From positions 7,287,308-7,351,307 of the forward strand of contig MU063892.1 of assembly GCA_013265495.1 (NCBI GenBank): 64,000 nucleotides of DNA, in the 5' to 3' direction. The translations under genes were made by a program, and so were the position numbers. This DNA comes from Vicugna vicugna (lineage: Eukaryota). Every line of letters begins with the position of its first letter. Position 1 is the first letter of the stretch. The notes under the pieces are model-generated. The model saw only the letters and a list, made by a program, of their open reading frames with translations. It ran no database searches and had not been told where the DNA came from. Shown piece after piece: positions 1-14,203 of this stretch.

Positions 1-69
1 GGGGATGAGAATGATGTTGGCTGATGAACCACAAAGTGGAGGACATCTGAGACTTTGCCTGGCCAGCTT

Positions 70-549
70 CTAGATGCTCTTCATCATCACTTGAGGAACC
101 ACCCTTCCTTCCCTCACTCCCAAACCAGGTGATTCACACGGAACTGACCCATCTCCCACTCCAGGGATGGTCATGTGATCCAGGCCTCAGCCAATCACTT
201 TATCCCGTCCTATTGTCTTCAGTGACTGAGAAAGGCACATAATCCAGCTTGAACCAGTAAGACTCAGACCCAGGAATATTGTTGAAATGATCGAGGGAGT
301 CAAACTCAGGCCCTCACCCTGGCACTTACGGCAGATGTCTGCCATCGCTAAGGGAGTGAGCCAACACATAAGCCAGCAGAGCAAAGAGACAGAGTGGGTG
401 AGGCCATTTCTTGGTGATATTGCTCAAGGTCCTGAATCTAGCTATGCCTAAAGGCTGCTCTCCTAAATTCAATCAATTCCACTTCCTGGCTGAAGCTAAT
501 TTGAATTGGGTTCTTGTCACTTGCAACTGGAAGATTCTTGACTAATGTG
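70..549 (+). mobile_element. ERVL-MaLR LTR remnant (MLT1J/K-like)
   Basis: ggtcatgtgatccaggcctcagccaatca core and typical end ttcttgtcacttgcaac...cttgactaat. Confidence 0.55.
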
Positions 550-1029
550 TACTGTTTTAACTGGAACTTGGCACATACTGGCATACAATAGGCACTCTGA
601 AATTACTTTTTTCATTCATGAAGTTACTCAATAAACATTCAGCAGTGAGAAGGTGACCAGGTCTGCTCTATAGGAAGAGTCATCTTGGCCGCTGTTTGGA
701 GAGGTGACTAAAGGGACAGGAGTAGGAACAGGGAGATGCACCAGGAGACCGTGCAGTAGTCCCAGGGACAGAGATGAGGCCTGAAGAGGGTAGCTGAACA
801 GAGGGGAAGGTAGGGAAAAGGACGGAAGGAAAGATTCCCCACTCTAAATTCACTGGGGAAACCTCTGATGATCATGGTTCCTCTCTGGTCCTTGGTTTCC
901 CAGTCTGTTTTAGCTCCACCATTCTAGCATCCTCTGTTTTTGCCCACTGGTTATAGAGTCCCTAGCTGTCAACACTCAAATTTTCACTGAAGGGTATTGA
1001 GGTTAGGGTCAAGGTCAGGTCTGGGGGTT

Positions 1030-1250
1030 GGATCTGACAGACAGGGATAGTGTAGCAGTTAAGAACACAGGTTCTGGAGACAGATGCCCGAGTTTGGATC
1101 ATGACCTACACTACCTAGCTGTGAAACCTTGTACAATCTACTTAACCTCTCTGTTCCTTTGTTTCTTCATCCACAAAATGGGGAGAATAGCAATAGTGCT
1201 GAGCAGATTACACACTATAGCACAAGGAAAGCGCATTAGATAAATATGAG
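1030..1250 (+). mobile_element. MIR SINE (one of many MIR fragments in the window)
   Basis: gttaagaacacagg..ctgg..acag...cttaacctctctg..cct..gtttc.tcatc...aaaatgggga core. Confidence 0.65.
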
Positions 1251-1515
1251 GTGGTATTATTATTTGTAGTAGGAAATCCAGAAAGAGGAAATTTTAAAAC
1301 ACTGAAGATAAATTATTCCAAAAACTAATAGAAAATGTCCCTGAACTAAGGGAAGACTTGGGTCTTCAGACTGAAAGGGCTTACCTAGTTAGTATCAGGA
1401 AAAATTACCAAAAGAGAATAAACAACTTGAAATAAGCTGGTGAAATCGCTAAATTCCAAAGACTAGAAAGAGAAAATCCTACTTGTTTACATAAAGAAAC
1501 TTTAGACTCACTAGA

Positions 1516-1586
1516 CTGTACACCAGAAACTAATACAACATTGTAAATTAACTATACTTCAATTTTTTAAGAGTTTAAAAAAAAAA
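1516..1586 (+). mobile_element. L1 3' stub of the same family, nested in older L1
   Basis: ctgtacaccagaaactaatacaacattgtaaattaactatacttcaa plus A tail; only an imperfect flanking repeat (aaactttagactca / aaacttcagagactca). Confidence 0.75.
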
Positions 1587-3259
1587 CTTCAGAGACTCAA
1601 GTGAATAGCATGCTTCTTACAGCACCAAATGCTGGGACAACAGAGCACTTTTCGGGTTTCTGGGGAGAAGGACTATTAGCCTAGAATTCTCTACACAGGC
1701 AAAGGATGACTCAAACATGAGGGCAAATATTTTCAGATTTACAAAGACCAAGAAAGTATGCTACCCCAGATCCTTTCTGAAAAAATTACTCAAGAAAGCT
1801 CTCCAGACCAAAATGAATCAAAATCAAGAGGTCAAAAACAAAAATAGTACTAAAAATTAAATTTAAGAAAAAAGAAGTCAAGAATAAGACGCTGTGGGAC
1901 ACAAGAGACTGGCAAGCAATGAAGGCAGAAACATTTATATACTTAACTATGGATAACATAATTGACAAGTTAAATGCAATTTTAAGTAAATGATTCTTAA
2001 AGCATGATAGAACTAATGTTTAAAAATAGTAATAATCAGAAACTAAAACTTGAGATGATTTCAGAGATACCTAGGAGTCATGGAGGAAAGCAAAGAGAAG
2101 TACAGGCCGGTTGACATGCTTATTATGGGTTGCAGGAGGTGAGACACACTATTACAGATCTAGTGTCATTCTTGATATTGAAATATGCTTGTGAAAAAGG
2201 TAAGGGGAAAGTCACCATCACACTAGAATTAGGGTGTATAACTTCAGAGGAAATTTTGCAGAAGAATAATAGGAGGTTAGCTTTGGGATGTTTAATGCCT
2301 CTAAAACATATTATGAAGCTACAGTGATTAAGTCTCAGTTTCATGTAGGAAAAGACAAATTAACACAGGGAAACAAGAATCAACCCATCAATGTGTGGAA
2401 ATTTGCTCTATGATAAATGAGCAAAGGAAGAATGATTCAAAAAATAGGTTTGGAAAAACTGGTCAACCATCTGGGGGGAAAAAAATAAGAATTCCATCTG
2501 ACATCAGGCACTAGATTAAGTGCAGATGAGTTAAAAATATGAATGTAAAACATAAAATGTTAAAAGTACTTGAAAAAAATATAGAATATTCATTATAATC
2601 TTGAAGAGGAAAAGGCCTCAGAAGGTATATTCCCCTACCCTTAAAATACAGACTTTACTACAAAAATATTTGATTATTAAAAAATGTTAACTTCTAAATG
2701 ATAAAAGATATATAAAATTGAGACAGCTGATAAACTGGAAAAAATACTTATAGCCTATATAATAAGCAAATGGTTAATATTCTAATATTACAAATAAAAC
2801 AAATACCACGGTAAAAAACTGGAAAAATGGTATGAACTGATAAGTCAAAGAGGAAGAAATATAAATGAGTGATAAATGTAAAAAGAAGTCCAACCTTACT
2901 AATAATCAGATAATGGTAAACTAAAATAAAATATAAATTCTTCTCTCTGACACCAAGAAAGAATTAAAAGAGCAGTAACATCCCACATTAGATAGGGTGT
3001 AGGGAAATAGCTACTCTCATTCACTGTCTTGTATATCTACTTAATCTCTCCGTTCCTTTGTTTTCTCATCTGTAGAATGGGGATAGTAGCAACAGTGTTG
3101 GGCAGATTTTATGTTTAAACAGAAGGAAAGCATCTGTAGAGCACTTTGGTGGTGTGTGTCATGCTCTATCCTACAGAAAATGCAGCAAGATGTAACATAC
3201 AGAACATTCTTGGGATGTTTACTGTAGCATTGCTCACAATGTCAAAACATTAGACACGC

Positions 3260-3385
3260 GGTGAGGGGTATAGCTTAGTGGTAGAGCGAGTGCTCGGCAT
3301 GCACAAGGTCCTATGTTCACCCCCAGTGCCTCTGTTAAAGGGAAAAAAATAAAAATAAATTTTAAAATATTTTTTAATTAAAAAA
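3260..3385 (+). mobile_element. tRNA-derived SINE (camelid vic-1-like)
   Basis: ggtgaggggTATAGCTTAGTGGTAGAG head with A box, degenerate B box (atgttcacccc), A/T-rich tail. Confidence 0.75.
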
Positions 3386-6255
3386 AATCAATTGCGACCT
3401 GATTGCTTATCAATAGGGGGGCAGTTAAATAAATTATGGCCCATTGGCTACTAAAAAGAAAGAGGGACAACATTAGGACTGATGTGAAAGATATATATGG
3501 TACATTAAGTTTTTAAAAATGAGTTACAGAAACTTTGTATAATAATGATACTATGTAGTAAAGTAAGACATAGCATATGTCTGCATATGTGTATGAAAAA
3601 TATTTGGAGGAACATACCAAACTTACAGGAGTGGCTATCAATGGGGAAAGGGCTTGAGGAATGGGAGACTTTCTTTCTTTATTTTATTCAGCTTAGTAAT
3701 GTTGAGGATTTATTTGTACAAGTATATCATCAAAGAAAATATATAAAGCAAATAAAGAAATATTCCCATTTGTAACATAAATAAAAATTTTTCAATTTTC
3801 TCAAGTAAGTTTAACAAAAAATGCACAAGATCTATATGAACACAATTTTTCTTCAAAACTTTACTTCAGGAATCTTAAAAGAAGATTTGCATAAATGAAG
3901 AGACATAATCCTATTCCTGGATGGGAAGACAATATTGTATAGACTTCAATACTCCCCTTTTTGATGTATATTTTTTAATATAATTACAATGAAAATCTCA
4001 ATGAGATTTTGGAGGAGAGAAAGAGAAGAGGTAGAGACTGGATACATTTATACTGAATTTCACTTAAAAGAGTAAATATCTGAGAGTAGGATAAAAAAAC
4101 CAATTTTTAAAAAAGAGGAACGGAAGAGTACTAATTCTAACATAATGCACAAGCATTGGAGCAAACAGCTGTTTGGAAAAAATGAAAAGCATTCTGCCTC
4201 ACACTATATACCAAAGTAAATTTCAGATAGAATAACACGTTGAGTTGAAAAATAAAACCATAAAGTTCAAGGTGTGGGGGAAGTGAATACCGTATAATCC
4301 CGAGGTGGATACCACAACACTAAAGGCAAAAAATACTTTTAAACTTTTATATATATGATATTAGTCATCAGAAAAACAAATCAAAACCACAATGAGATAT
4401 GACTTCACACCCACTAGGATGGCTATAATTTTTAAAACTGGAAAACAACAAGCGTTAGAGAAGATGTGGAGAAACTGGAATCCTCGTACACTGATGATGG
4501 GAAGGTAAGATCATGAAGCTACTTTGGAAGAGAGTCTAGTAGTTCCTCAAAAAGTTAAACACAGAGTTACCATTTGATTCAGGGATTTGTATATACTCAA
4601 AAGAAATGAAAACATATGTCCACACAAACACTTGTATACAAACACTTATGACAGCATTATTCATAACAGCCCAAAAGTAGGAACAACCCAAATGTTCATC
4701 AACAGATGACTGGATAAATAAAATGTGGTACAGCCATACAATGCACTATTATTCAGCCACAAAGAGGAATAAAGTACTGATACATGCTACAACACGGATA
4801 AACCTCGAAAGCACCGTGCTAAATGAAGGAAGCCAATCACAAAAGACCTAATGTTATACAATTCCATTTATATAAAATGACCAATACAGGCAAATCTATA
4901 GAGAAAGAAAGTGGATTGGTGGTTGCTTAGAGCTGGAGGAGATGGGGGAATTGGTGGGTGATAGTTAAAGACTATGGTTTCTTTTGGAGATGAAGAAAAT
5001 GTCCTAAAATTGATTGTTGCGATGGTTGCACAATCTGTGAATGTACTAAAAAATCACTGAGTTGTACACTTTGAATGGATAAAATGAATGATAGGTGAAT
5101 AATATCTCAATAAAGCTGCTACCAAAGCAACTTTGACAGATATGACTACCTATAAATCAGAAACATTTATAGTTTAAAAAAAAAACTAAAAAAAATAAAA
5201 GGCTAACACACAAATATCCTTATTATATAAAGAGCTCCTATGAATTAATAAAACATAAACAGCCCAATAGAAAAATAGGCAAATATGTGAACAGGATACT
5301 CACAAAAGAGGTAACATAAATAACTAAAAGGCATATAAATATTCACTATCTCTAGTAATCAAAGAACTGAACCTACTAAAAAATGTAACAATGTACAGTG
5401 TTGGCGAGTGTGTGTGGAAATGGTCTCTTATCCAGACTGCCAAAATTTGCTCAGGACCGAGATGTTTCCTAGGAATTTCCATGCTAAAAAGGGGGAGTCT
5501 GGGTCAAAGTAAGAAGAATCCGTCAATCTTAAATGGGATTTTAAATTGGTAAGATCATTCTGGAGAGTCATTTGACAATAGGTAACAAGACCCTTTTCTA
5601 CAAATGTATATTCTTTTGCCTGGAAATTCTAACAAATTCTAACCACCCGGAATTTATTCTAACAAAACCTTCATGCATTCAACAAATATTTGTGGCAGGT
5701 CAAAGATGTACATTGGATGCTGGGCCTATATCTACAAAAATTTTTAACTCTGGCTTTTGTAACAATGAAATATCAGAAACAACCTAAATGTTGACCTGTT
5801 GGAGATTTTTACTATGAAACCTGTTTCATCTACACAATGAAATACTTTGCAGGCACTAAAACTGATGTTGTAGAACGTTTATTGACATGGAAACACAGAT
5901 ACACTACCTTGTTAAACAGAAAAAAGCAAGTTAGAAAATTGTGTGCACTGGTAACCCCAATTTGCAAACTAGATGTATGTGTGTATAAACAAATGCGTGA
6001 CAGGATACACCCCAAAATGTTAACAGTGTTGGGATTAAGGGTGAACTTCATTTCCTTTTCCTGGTTCAACTGTATTAAATGTTTTCTTCATAATAAACAT
6101 GAATTCTTTTGTAACAACACAATAAAAGTCAACTGCATTTAAAAAAAAAAAACCACACCTGCCATGACCCCATGGGTGGAGGCCCCAAGGAACGAGGTTG
6201 CAGAGTCAAGCACGTGTTCACTTGATCTAGCAACGACAGCTACCATTACTGAGCA

Positions 6256-6600
6256 CAGTCATCCCTGGATGTCTGTGGGNNNNNNNNNNNNNNNNNNNNN
6301 NNNNNNNNNNNNNNNNNNNNNNNNNNNNNNNNNNNNNNNNNNNNNNNNNNNNNNNNNNNNNNNNNNNNNNNNNNNNNNNNNNNNNNNNNNNNNNNNNNNN
6401 NNNNNNNNNNNNNNNNNNNNNNNNNNNNNNNNNNNNNNNNNNNNNNNNNNNNNNNAATGGAAACGCTACAGAAACAGTTGCCAGCTCAGCAAATTCAAGT
6501 TTTGCTTGTTGGGACTATCTGGACCCTTTTTTTTTTCCCTATCGGCAGTTGGTTAAATCTGTGTGGAAGTGGAGGCTGCAGATACAAAGGGCCGACTGTA
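6256..6600. mobile_element. TcMar-Tigger non-autonomous element (MER2-like), interrupted by N gap 6280-6455
   Basis: Termini cagtcatccct... and ...agggccgactg followed by TA; internal cagcaaattcaagttttgctt. Confidence 0.7.
6280..6455. other. N gap (176 nt) inside a Tigger element
   Basis: Run of N. Confidence 0.98.
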
Positions 6601-9600
6601 CCTACTACATGCCGGGCACTTTGCACAGACCATTCCCCTTAATCCTCACGGGAACCCAGTGAGATAGGCGTGCTTGTCTCATTTGACAGATGCTAGGGGA
6701 CGTGTTAGTAATGCCACAGCTAGTGAGAAGCAGAGCTGGGATTTGAACCCTGGCCTGCCTACCTCTAAAACCAGGGCCCCGCCTCTACCTTAGCTGCCTC
6801 TGCTCGTCCTTGAGGGAGGGCAGAGAAAGGACCCAAGTCCTTAAGTCCTCTCTCCTGCGGCCAGTCCTGTGTAAGCCCTTGTTCTCCTTCTCCACAGACA
6901 GTCAAAGAGGCAACAGAAGGACAAGTCAGCAAGGGTGGGGACACCAGCAAAGGGAAGGCGTGGCTCTGGAAGGCCAGCTGGCTGAGGTCAGGGCTTGGGA
7001 CAGACTAGCCGGGACTCCTCGCCTGCCGGGCGACACTCAGGAAGCCCAACCACATCCGGCCCCAGGAGTTCCCAGGCCCTGTGCGCTCCCAAAGGCAGGG
7101 AGAGAAAACCTCACCCAGCCTGCAGCCACCCTGCTTAAAGTAGGAAGAAAACAGCCTGCCATCTGGGACCTTCCCCCCGGGCACAGGGACAGCTGGCCAG
7201 TCCCTTCCCCTCCAGGGCCTCCTCTTCAGTGTGAGGAGGGGGTGTGAGAACTGGTGGCTCCAGGACCCTCCCAGATCTATGTTCTCTGAATCGATGGCAC
7301 TTCCTCACATAGGGCCTGGCAGGAAGTGGAAGGGGGTGAGGCACCCCACCCAGCTCCCGAAGGAGCCCCCTCCTCTTCCCCTCAGCTCCTTTCCCACTCC
7401 TATTTTTAGAACAGGGAGCGTCTCCACCAGCCCTGCCATGCTCAGAGCTCCAGGTAAAAACATAGCAGCCCCATTCATTCCACTCCGGCAAGAACACACC
7501 GGGAACGCACCGGGAATTTATAGACTCGCCAGCCGACCAGGCAATCTCTCCCCACACCATTAGCCATTGCTCACTATTTCCATTACAGCCCAAAGTGCTG
7601 ACTTACTTTTCCTAATGACAACACAGCTGCATGAGATGACAAGAGCGTCTCTAAGACAATCTGTGCCCCTCCCCGTCCCCACCTGGCAGACTCTTCGAAG
7701 TCCCTGAAGAGGAGCGATGGCCTAAAAGGTGGAGAGTGGGTCCTAGTTCCAGCTCTAGCACCAGCTATGTGCCCCTGGCCAAGTGCTTGCCCCTCTCTTG
7801 GTCTTGGTGTCTACAAATCAGCTTGTTAATCAATTGATGCCGGTGGCGGGGGAGGGGAGGCTTTTCAATTCCACACTCAAAGATTCTGTGATTCTATCAA
7901 AATTCTAGTCACTCATAAAATAAATATTATATTCTCTGTTTTGGGGTGCTTGTTGAGTTGTATTCCCAAAGTTCACCTGAGAGTTGACCACGGGTCTCAG
8001 AATGCATGTCCCCAATGAAAAGTGTGATATAAATGGTGGTCAGCTTCCTAGGCTCGTTTGCTTAACCCTTAATGTCCTTCCACAAGGAGAAATAGCAGAA
8101 AACTATATTGTGATAGAATTTAACCAAAATGGAAAACTACTAACATTTAAAAGACACTATTTTAGAACATCTGCCTTGAGTCGTGTTTAAGCAAAAGAAG
8201 ATATATATTAAAAAGGCATTGAAAAAGTCAGTGTCAGCTTCTGGAGAAGAATCTGAAGACTTCTGACCACACTGGAAACTAAAGGCACTGCATATTGATT
8301 GTCATCAACCAGTAGTTGGAAGGATTAAAGAACGTATGTGTATATGATTATATATAAAGTGAACATAAGAGTCCAGTGAGCAGAAAAAAGAGGGGACAGG
8401 GGAAGATTCTAGGTCCAAAAGCTCCATTTGCTGCCTCCCCAGAGATGAGCCTGGAAGGAGGCACCTTTCGGTGGGAAGAGGCAGGATTGTGCTTATCAGC
8501 TGAGTGTCTATGATGAGGACTCCTTCCTGTGTAAGGTCCCTAAGTATGCATATTTGTCACAAATACATGATGAATATTAATCATGCACAGTATTTGCATA
8601 TATTCACACACATACACTCTTGTTTCAATGTAAGGACTAAAATGTCTGACTTTTTTTTCTTTTAACCTATTATTAGAGTCTTGAAGCTTGGAAGACAACT
8701 CCTGGAAATCATCTAAATTCAACTCTCTCATTTTTCTTGGAAAAGAAACAAATGATCAGAGATGTAATTTGCCCAAAGTCACACAATGAGTTACTAGCAA
8801 AATTAGGATTTCAACCAAGATATTCAGAATCCTTCTCTAGTTTCTGAGGGCAAGGAGCTCAGTGAGAGGCGAGCGCCACAAACCCAGGGAAGAGAACCAA
8901 AGGAGCAGTTCTGATCGGTCCTCCTTCCCTCCGAGGATCCCCAGAAGTCAGCGTGGAGTGTGGTGGCATCTAAGACCCTGAAGTGAGCCTGGTAACATTA
9001 GATAGCTTAATAAATAAAGTGGGGATCCAGGCTCTGGTCTTACAAAGCCGAGGTGCAATGGAAAAAGCTCTGAGCCAAGAAAGTCAGGAGACCTGTTTTA
9101 GACTTGGCTCTGCCACTACTTTGTCCCATGACCCTGGCCAGGTCACTTCCCCTTTGTGAGCCTCGGCTTTCTCATCTAGATTCTAGAACTTGAGAGGCTT
9201 GAACCATACGACCGAATCTAATTATACAACATCTCCTGAGCACCTACTAAGGATCAGGCAGTAACAGAATGAGAAATAATGACCTCCACCATCTCCCAAG
9301 GAGCTCACGGTCTTGCAGGTGAGACATATCTGCCTAACACACTGTGCTAAAGATGAACAAAATTCTGTGGGGCACAGAGAGGGAAGCAGTGACTTCTGAT
9401 GCAGCCTGAGGAAGGCGTCTCAAGGAGCCTTGAAGGTTGAAGATTCTATGTGGCAGAAACAACGGAGGAGAGTAGGCAACATCAGGCAGAAGAAACAGCC
9501 TAAACACAAACGTGCACAGGGAATTCAAAGAAGGGAAATAATCTACCACGGCCGGGCTGCGGGCGTGAAGCAGGACAGCAGAGCAAATGGGGAGAGCCTT

Positions 9601-12600
9601 GAGAACCAGGCTGGGACCATGGCCTCCCAGGATGGTCTTGAAGCCAGAAGTGTCACTGCTCAGCCTCCCTGCCCCTCCCGGCTTGGATGGTTCGTGACTG
9701 CTGGCAAACAGTAGAGCAGAGCAATCAAAAGCCAGTGCTCTAGAGCTGGGAAACCCAGGTCCCAATCCCAGCCACCCACTGGCTGTGTGACCTCAGGCAA
9801 GTTTCTTAACTTCTGTAAGACTCAGCAGTTCTTATCTATCAATTGGGTATAATGAGAGTAAATGTGTGATGGCGACAATGAACTTCATGAGGCTGTAGTG
9901 AGGATTAAAGAGACAACACAGGTGAAGAGCTTGGCATGGTGCCAGGCTGACAGTCTAAGTGCTCACTTATAAATTGCCTACTATTATTATTCTGTCCTAA
10001 CACCAAGAATCTGGAATGATCTGGAGGATAGTGGCTCTGTTCAGAGAGAGGCTTGAAGAAAGACAAGGTCAAGACAAGATAAAGGTTAAGGCTATGCTAT
10101 CTTCCTTAAGAGATAGAAAAAGATAGCAAGATGGCTGAGATCAAGAGGAAGACAGGAGGAAAGCAGTCTCTCCACAGCCAGACGGGCAGCAGGAGGGGAG
10201 GGTGGAGAGCTAGAGAGAATGGAAAACAGTTGTGCTTTTTAGGGAAAAGAGTCTGCCTCTTTGGGGGATACCTGAAATCCAGTTCTTTTGATGCCCAGTT
10301 ACTTAGGGTTGAGATTCAAAACCAGTCAACTAGCAAAATCTAGACCCAAAAGCTGAAGCAGGCACTCTCCCCACTCTTGGCAGGGCTGAGGTTAAAGGCC
10401 TCCTTCCTGCAGTCCTCATGCTCCGTGCACCTGGACCTGATTCTGAGCTATCCCCTTCTGCCTTCAGCCACCGTTCCACTGAGGCCAGGTACCCCATGAC
10501 TGTGCGGCTGGTTGTCTTGAATGCCAGACTCAAAATGCGAAGGGGTAACCCAACTGTCCCAGTGCTGCTGAGAGCCTGTCTCCAGGAGTTCCACCTTGTC
10601 TTTCACAGAAGACTGTCCAAATCTTGTGGGAAGCTATTCATCTTTTCAGCCTGGGCCATCTCTGGGCCATATGAACTCAAAGTTTATTCTCCACTGTGTC
10701 TCATTTCATTTGTCCCAAAACATCCCCTCTAGAGCCCAAAGGGCCACAACCTCTACGTGTGGGATATCTTCCTCCTGGATCTTCCTGGAGGAGATGATTG
10801 ATTTCTCTTACTTTTACCCCTAAAAGGCAAACCTTTGCATCTGGAAAGAGCAATGGATTAGGGTGAAAGGCCTTGGCTTGAGGACTGGCTCAGCCTTTTA
10901 CCAGCTGTGTGACCTTGGATAAATCACTTAACTTCTCTGAGTCTTAGTCCCTTTCATCCATAAAACAAGGCTGCTGGGAGGCCTAGGGGAGATAATGCCT
11001 GGGGATCCCAGCTGCCATCTCTGAAGCCCAGGCTCTCACTGTGGGGAGCCCTCCCACATTGTGAAATTGCTTGCACCTTCAATTTACAGAGCCTTCTTAA
11101 TGCGGTGTATGAGAAATGCAGAACTTTGGTGGCAGAATTTAGGAAAAGGAATTTAAACTAAAGACTGAAAAATACAAGACATACATTTTAAAAAGTCATC
11201 ATTATTTCCAACAGGTCCCAACTCCCAAAGGGCCAAAGGACCTAGGCCATCAGAGACCCGGTTGTGACGGCTTATAGGAGAGACCAGGAGTTTCAACAGA
11301 CCCAGAGCCCAAGACAATAAGAAAACAAGAAAATGGGATCAAAGGACATGAGGGGAACTTAAAGAATCACTTTGTATTCAAATCGCACAGATGGCCTTTT
11401 CAACAATAAATGGTTGTGCTCCCAGGCTCCCAGCTCCGTAGGCCGGAGACACCACACCAAGACAATTGGCCCATCAGGAAAGAGACCATTGTGTGAGCTT
11501 CTTAGCGTGATTTATGTGGAGGGAGGGGCTCAGCCGTGTTTCCCGTGATTATGACTCTCAAATGGGATTTCGATGGCTTGTTCATCATCTTGGACGGCTG
11601 GGATGGACTGGGATGCTTAAGAGCAGTGGCCACGCGGTCATATTTCATCTTCTCGAGCCCCTGGAGCCAAATTAATTGTTTCATCAATTTGAGAGGCACA
11701 GCAGCAATGGTGCTGTGGCTCACCACAGTCACCAGGAAGATGGGCCCAGGGCGCTCCAGGAGCTGATGTCCGCTACACAGCAGCCGGCCAGATCTAGGGC
11801 CTTCACGTGAGGAAAGCCGTGTCCCCCGGGCTAACTGCTCTATTCAGAGTCTCCGTTTCCCCATGACCAGAGTTCCCATCCTTTGCACCTGTCTGGTGGA
11901 CAGAGGTAGGTCCCTAGGTCCGGGAGAGAAAAGCTTGCTGCCTTCCCAGACAGGCGAGTCTCTTGTGCCTCATAATCCCCTTAATGTCATTTGGTACAGG
12001 AATCAAGTGAAATGACAGTGCAGCTTGCTGTCTGGGCAGACCCAGCTGCTCAGCCTCTCACAGTTAACCCTGCAGGCTGCGTCTTGGCTGGTAGACACTG
12101 TGGATCACTTGTCCCACTTCAGGCCCAGTGTAGCCCCCTGCTGGGCAGGCCATTGTCCTGGTCACAGGCAGATGCATCCCATCCCCTGTCGGATTGTTGG
12201 TACGACACGTCTGATCTTTCCCAGGTTGGGAGGAGGGAGGATAAGCGGGAGGTAAGGGACGAATTCTCTTCTGGGCCACACTTCTTGGGGTTCAAGTGGC
12301 CACAGCAGCTGAGCAAATTCACCAAGGCACAAAATTCCCTCTAAAGACACTGAGAAAGTCTTCACAGGACACATTGTGGAGAGCGTCCAAGGTCCAGAGG
12401 CTTCTCTGACCTGAGCCATCTCTCCACCTCTCTTGACCCTTTCTCTGCAAGTGACCCTGATCCTACACATACCCTTTGTGTGTGAGCTATGATCTGGGCA
12501 GTTAGAACAGGGTGTGAAAGCTGCCCAACCCTGGGCTCCAGCGGGAGGTGCAGCAGGCAGTGAGCAGGCCGAGCTCTAATTGCTGTCCCACGGTAGGTTT

Positions 12601-12999
12601 GTCTTCAGCCTTCTGGTAGGTCAGTCTCCTTTAGAGTTGCTAAGCCACACTTAGCCCCAGTCCCTGACCCTCAGGAGCTCTACAGAAAGCACACCCAGTC
12701 AGTTTCCAGGGGGCTGTGTTCCAGCTTCCTATCAGACCATTCAGCACAGGATGGAGGGACAGCACAGGCTACCCTTGCTGAGGCTGGGGTGCTGTGAACT
12801 CGACCACCTTGGCCAGGCAAAGCACCCACTGCTTCCAACTCCCAGGGACATTCCTGGAACTCAGCACTGGTCCCTACCCAGCCCTGGCAAGGAGTAGGCT
12901 CTGTGAGGAAGGCCCCATCCTTACCTACATCCAATGAAGGAGTGAGACACAGTGGAGGATGAGGGCCAGGAGAGTGGAGGGACAGGAAATTATCTTCTC

Positions 13000-13745
13000 A
13001 TCCCAGAGCCTCCCCTATCCCAGGGTCTGGGCATTCACATACCCGCCTCTCAGCCACCTCCAGGATGAGCAACCATCGTCCCTCACCTGGAAGACTGAAG
13101 GAACCCCCCCACCAAACTGATCTCCTCACACCTACTTGGGCCCCTCCTTGAGCGTGCCCATCTTCTAGAACTGTTCCTGAGATTCTGCCACTCCCTTTCT
13201 CAAAAGCATTCAATAGCTTCCCACTGAATCTAGAATGAGATCAATAAAACATTAACCACCAAGCCCTGGAGGACCTGGCCCCCACCCACCCGGCCTTCCT
13301 CCTCTCTAAGCTCCAGCTCCACTGGTCTGGCCTCCAGCATGCCAAGCTCCTTGCTGTACTCTTAACAGGCTGTTCCATCAGCCTGGAACACTTTCCAAAG
13401 TCCTTGACTGGCTAACTCCTTTCTGGTCTCGGCTTAAAAAGTCATGTTTTTTCCCCTCCCCTCCCCCACCCCCACACATAGCAATCTAAATAATATTCTC
13501 TCTTAAAGGAATCTTCCCCTTTCCTTAGTAGATTGTCATAGTTGGTAATCACACGTGCGCAAGTGTGTGTGTGTGCATGTGTTGGTGTGTATTTAATGCT
13601 CACTCCCCTACTCGGACTGAAATCTTGGTAAGAGCAGAGACCACGTCCTTCTCATTCTCCACAGAATCTCCAGCTCCTAGCACAGAGCCTGGCATAAAGT
13701 TGATGCCCTCAAAATATCCAATGAATGAAGGAATGAATGCATGAG
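13000..13745 (+). mobile_element. L2 LINE 3' remnant
   Basis: Ends ctcctagcacagagcctggcat...atgaatgaaggaatgaatg, the typical L2 terminus. Confidence 0.65.
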
Positions 13746-14071
13746 TTCAGATGAAAAAGTGAGGGAATGGGTGGAGATATCTTCTGTCAGCAGCAGATCT
13801 TGGCATGGTTCTCCATCAGGGCTGACCTCTCCCAGCCTCTCCTGCTGCCCCCAAGGCGGGGGCTGGAATCACTGGAAGCTCAGATGCTATTTCACCTCCT
13901 TCTTCTTTGTAGGGAATAAGCTTCTGAGTCTTCTCCGTTTGGGACTTTCTGATGCCAGTCTGCATCTGCCCACAGGGCCTCTCACACCACTGTGATCCTT
14001 CTGATGTCAATCCACACACACCCGTGGGGCCACTCCCTTCAGATGACCCTAGGCCCACCATCTTGGTCCTC

Positions 14072-14203
14072 NNNNNNNNNNNNNNNNNNNNNNNNNNNNN
14101 NNNNNNNNNNNNNNNNNNNNNNNNNNNNNNNNNNNNNNNNNNNNNNNNNNNNNNNNNNNNNNNNNNNNNNNNNNNNNNNNNNNNNNNNNNNNNNNNNNNN
14201 NNN
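14072..14203. other. N gap (132 nt) over the end of the alternative terminal exon
   Basis: Run of N. Confidence 0.98.

Larger units (their letters stand above)
1260..6140 (+). mobile_element. Block of old, fragmented L1M-type LINE sequence, including an L1MB-like 3' end at about 4363-5125
   Basis: A-rich plus strand with recognisable L1 ORF2-end/3'UTR phrases (aaaaccacaatgagatatgacttcacacccactaggatggctata; aaaatgtggtacagccatacaatg; atatctcaataaagctg); no intact ORF. Confidence 0.75.

Noticed and set aside
1-14071. Search for the RGS3 MFETEADE exon and RGS-domain exons
   Set aside because: Not found on the minus strand; they are expected downstream, beyond position 1.
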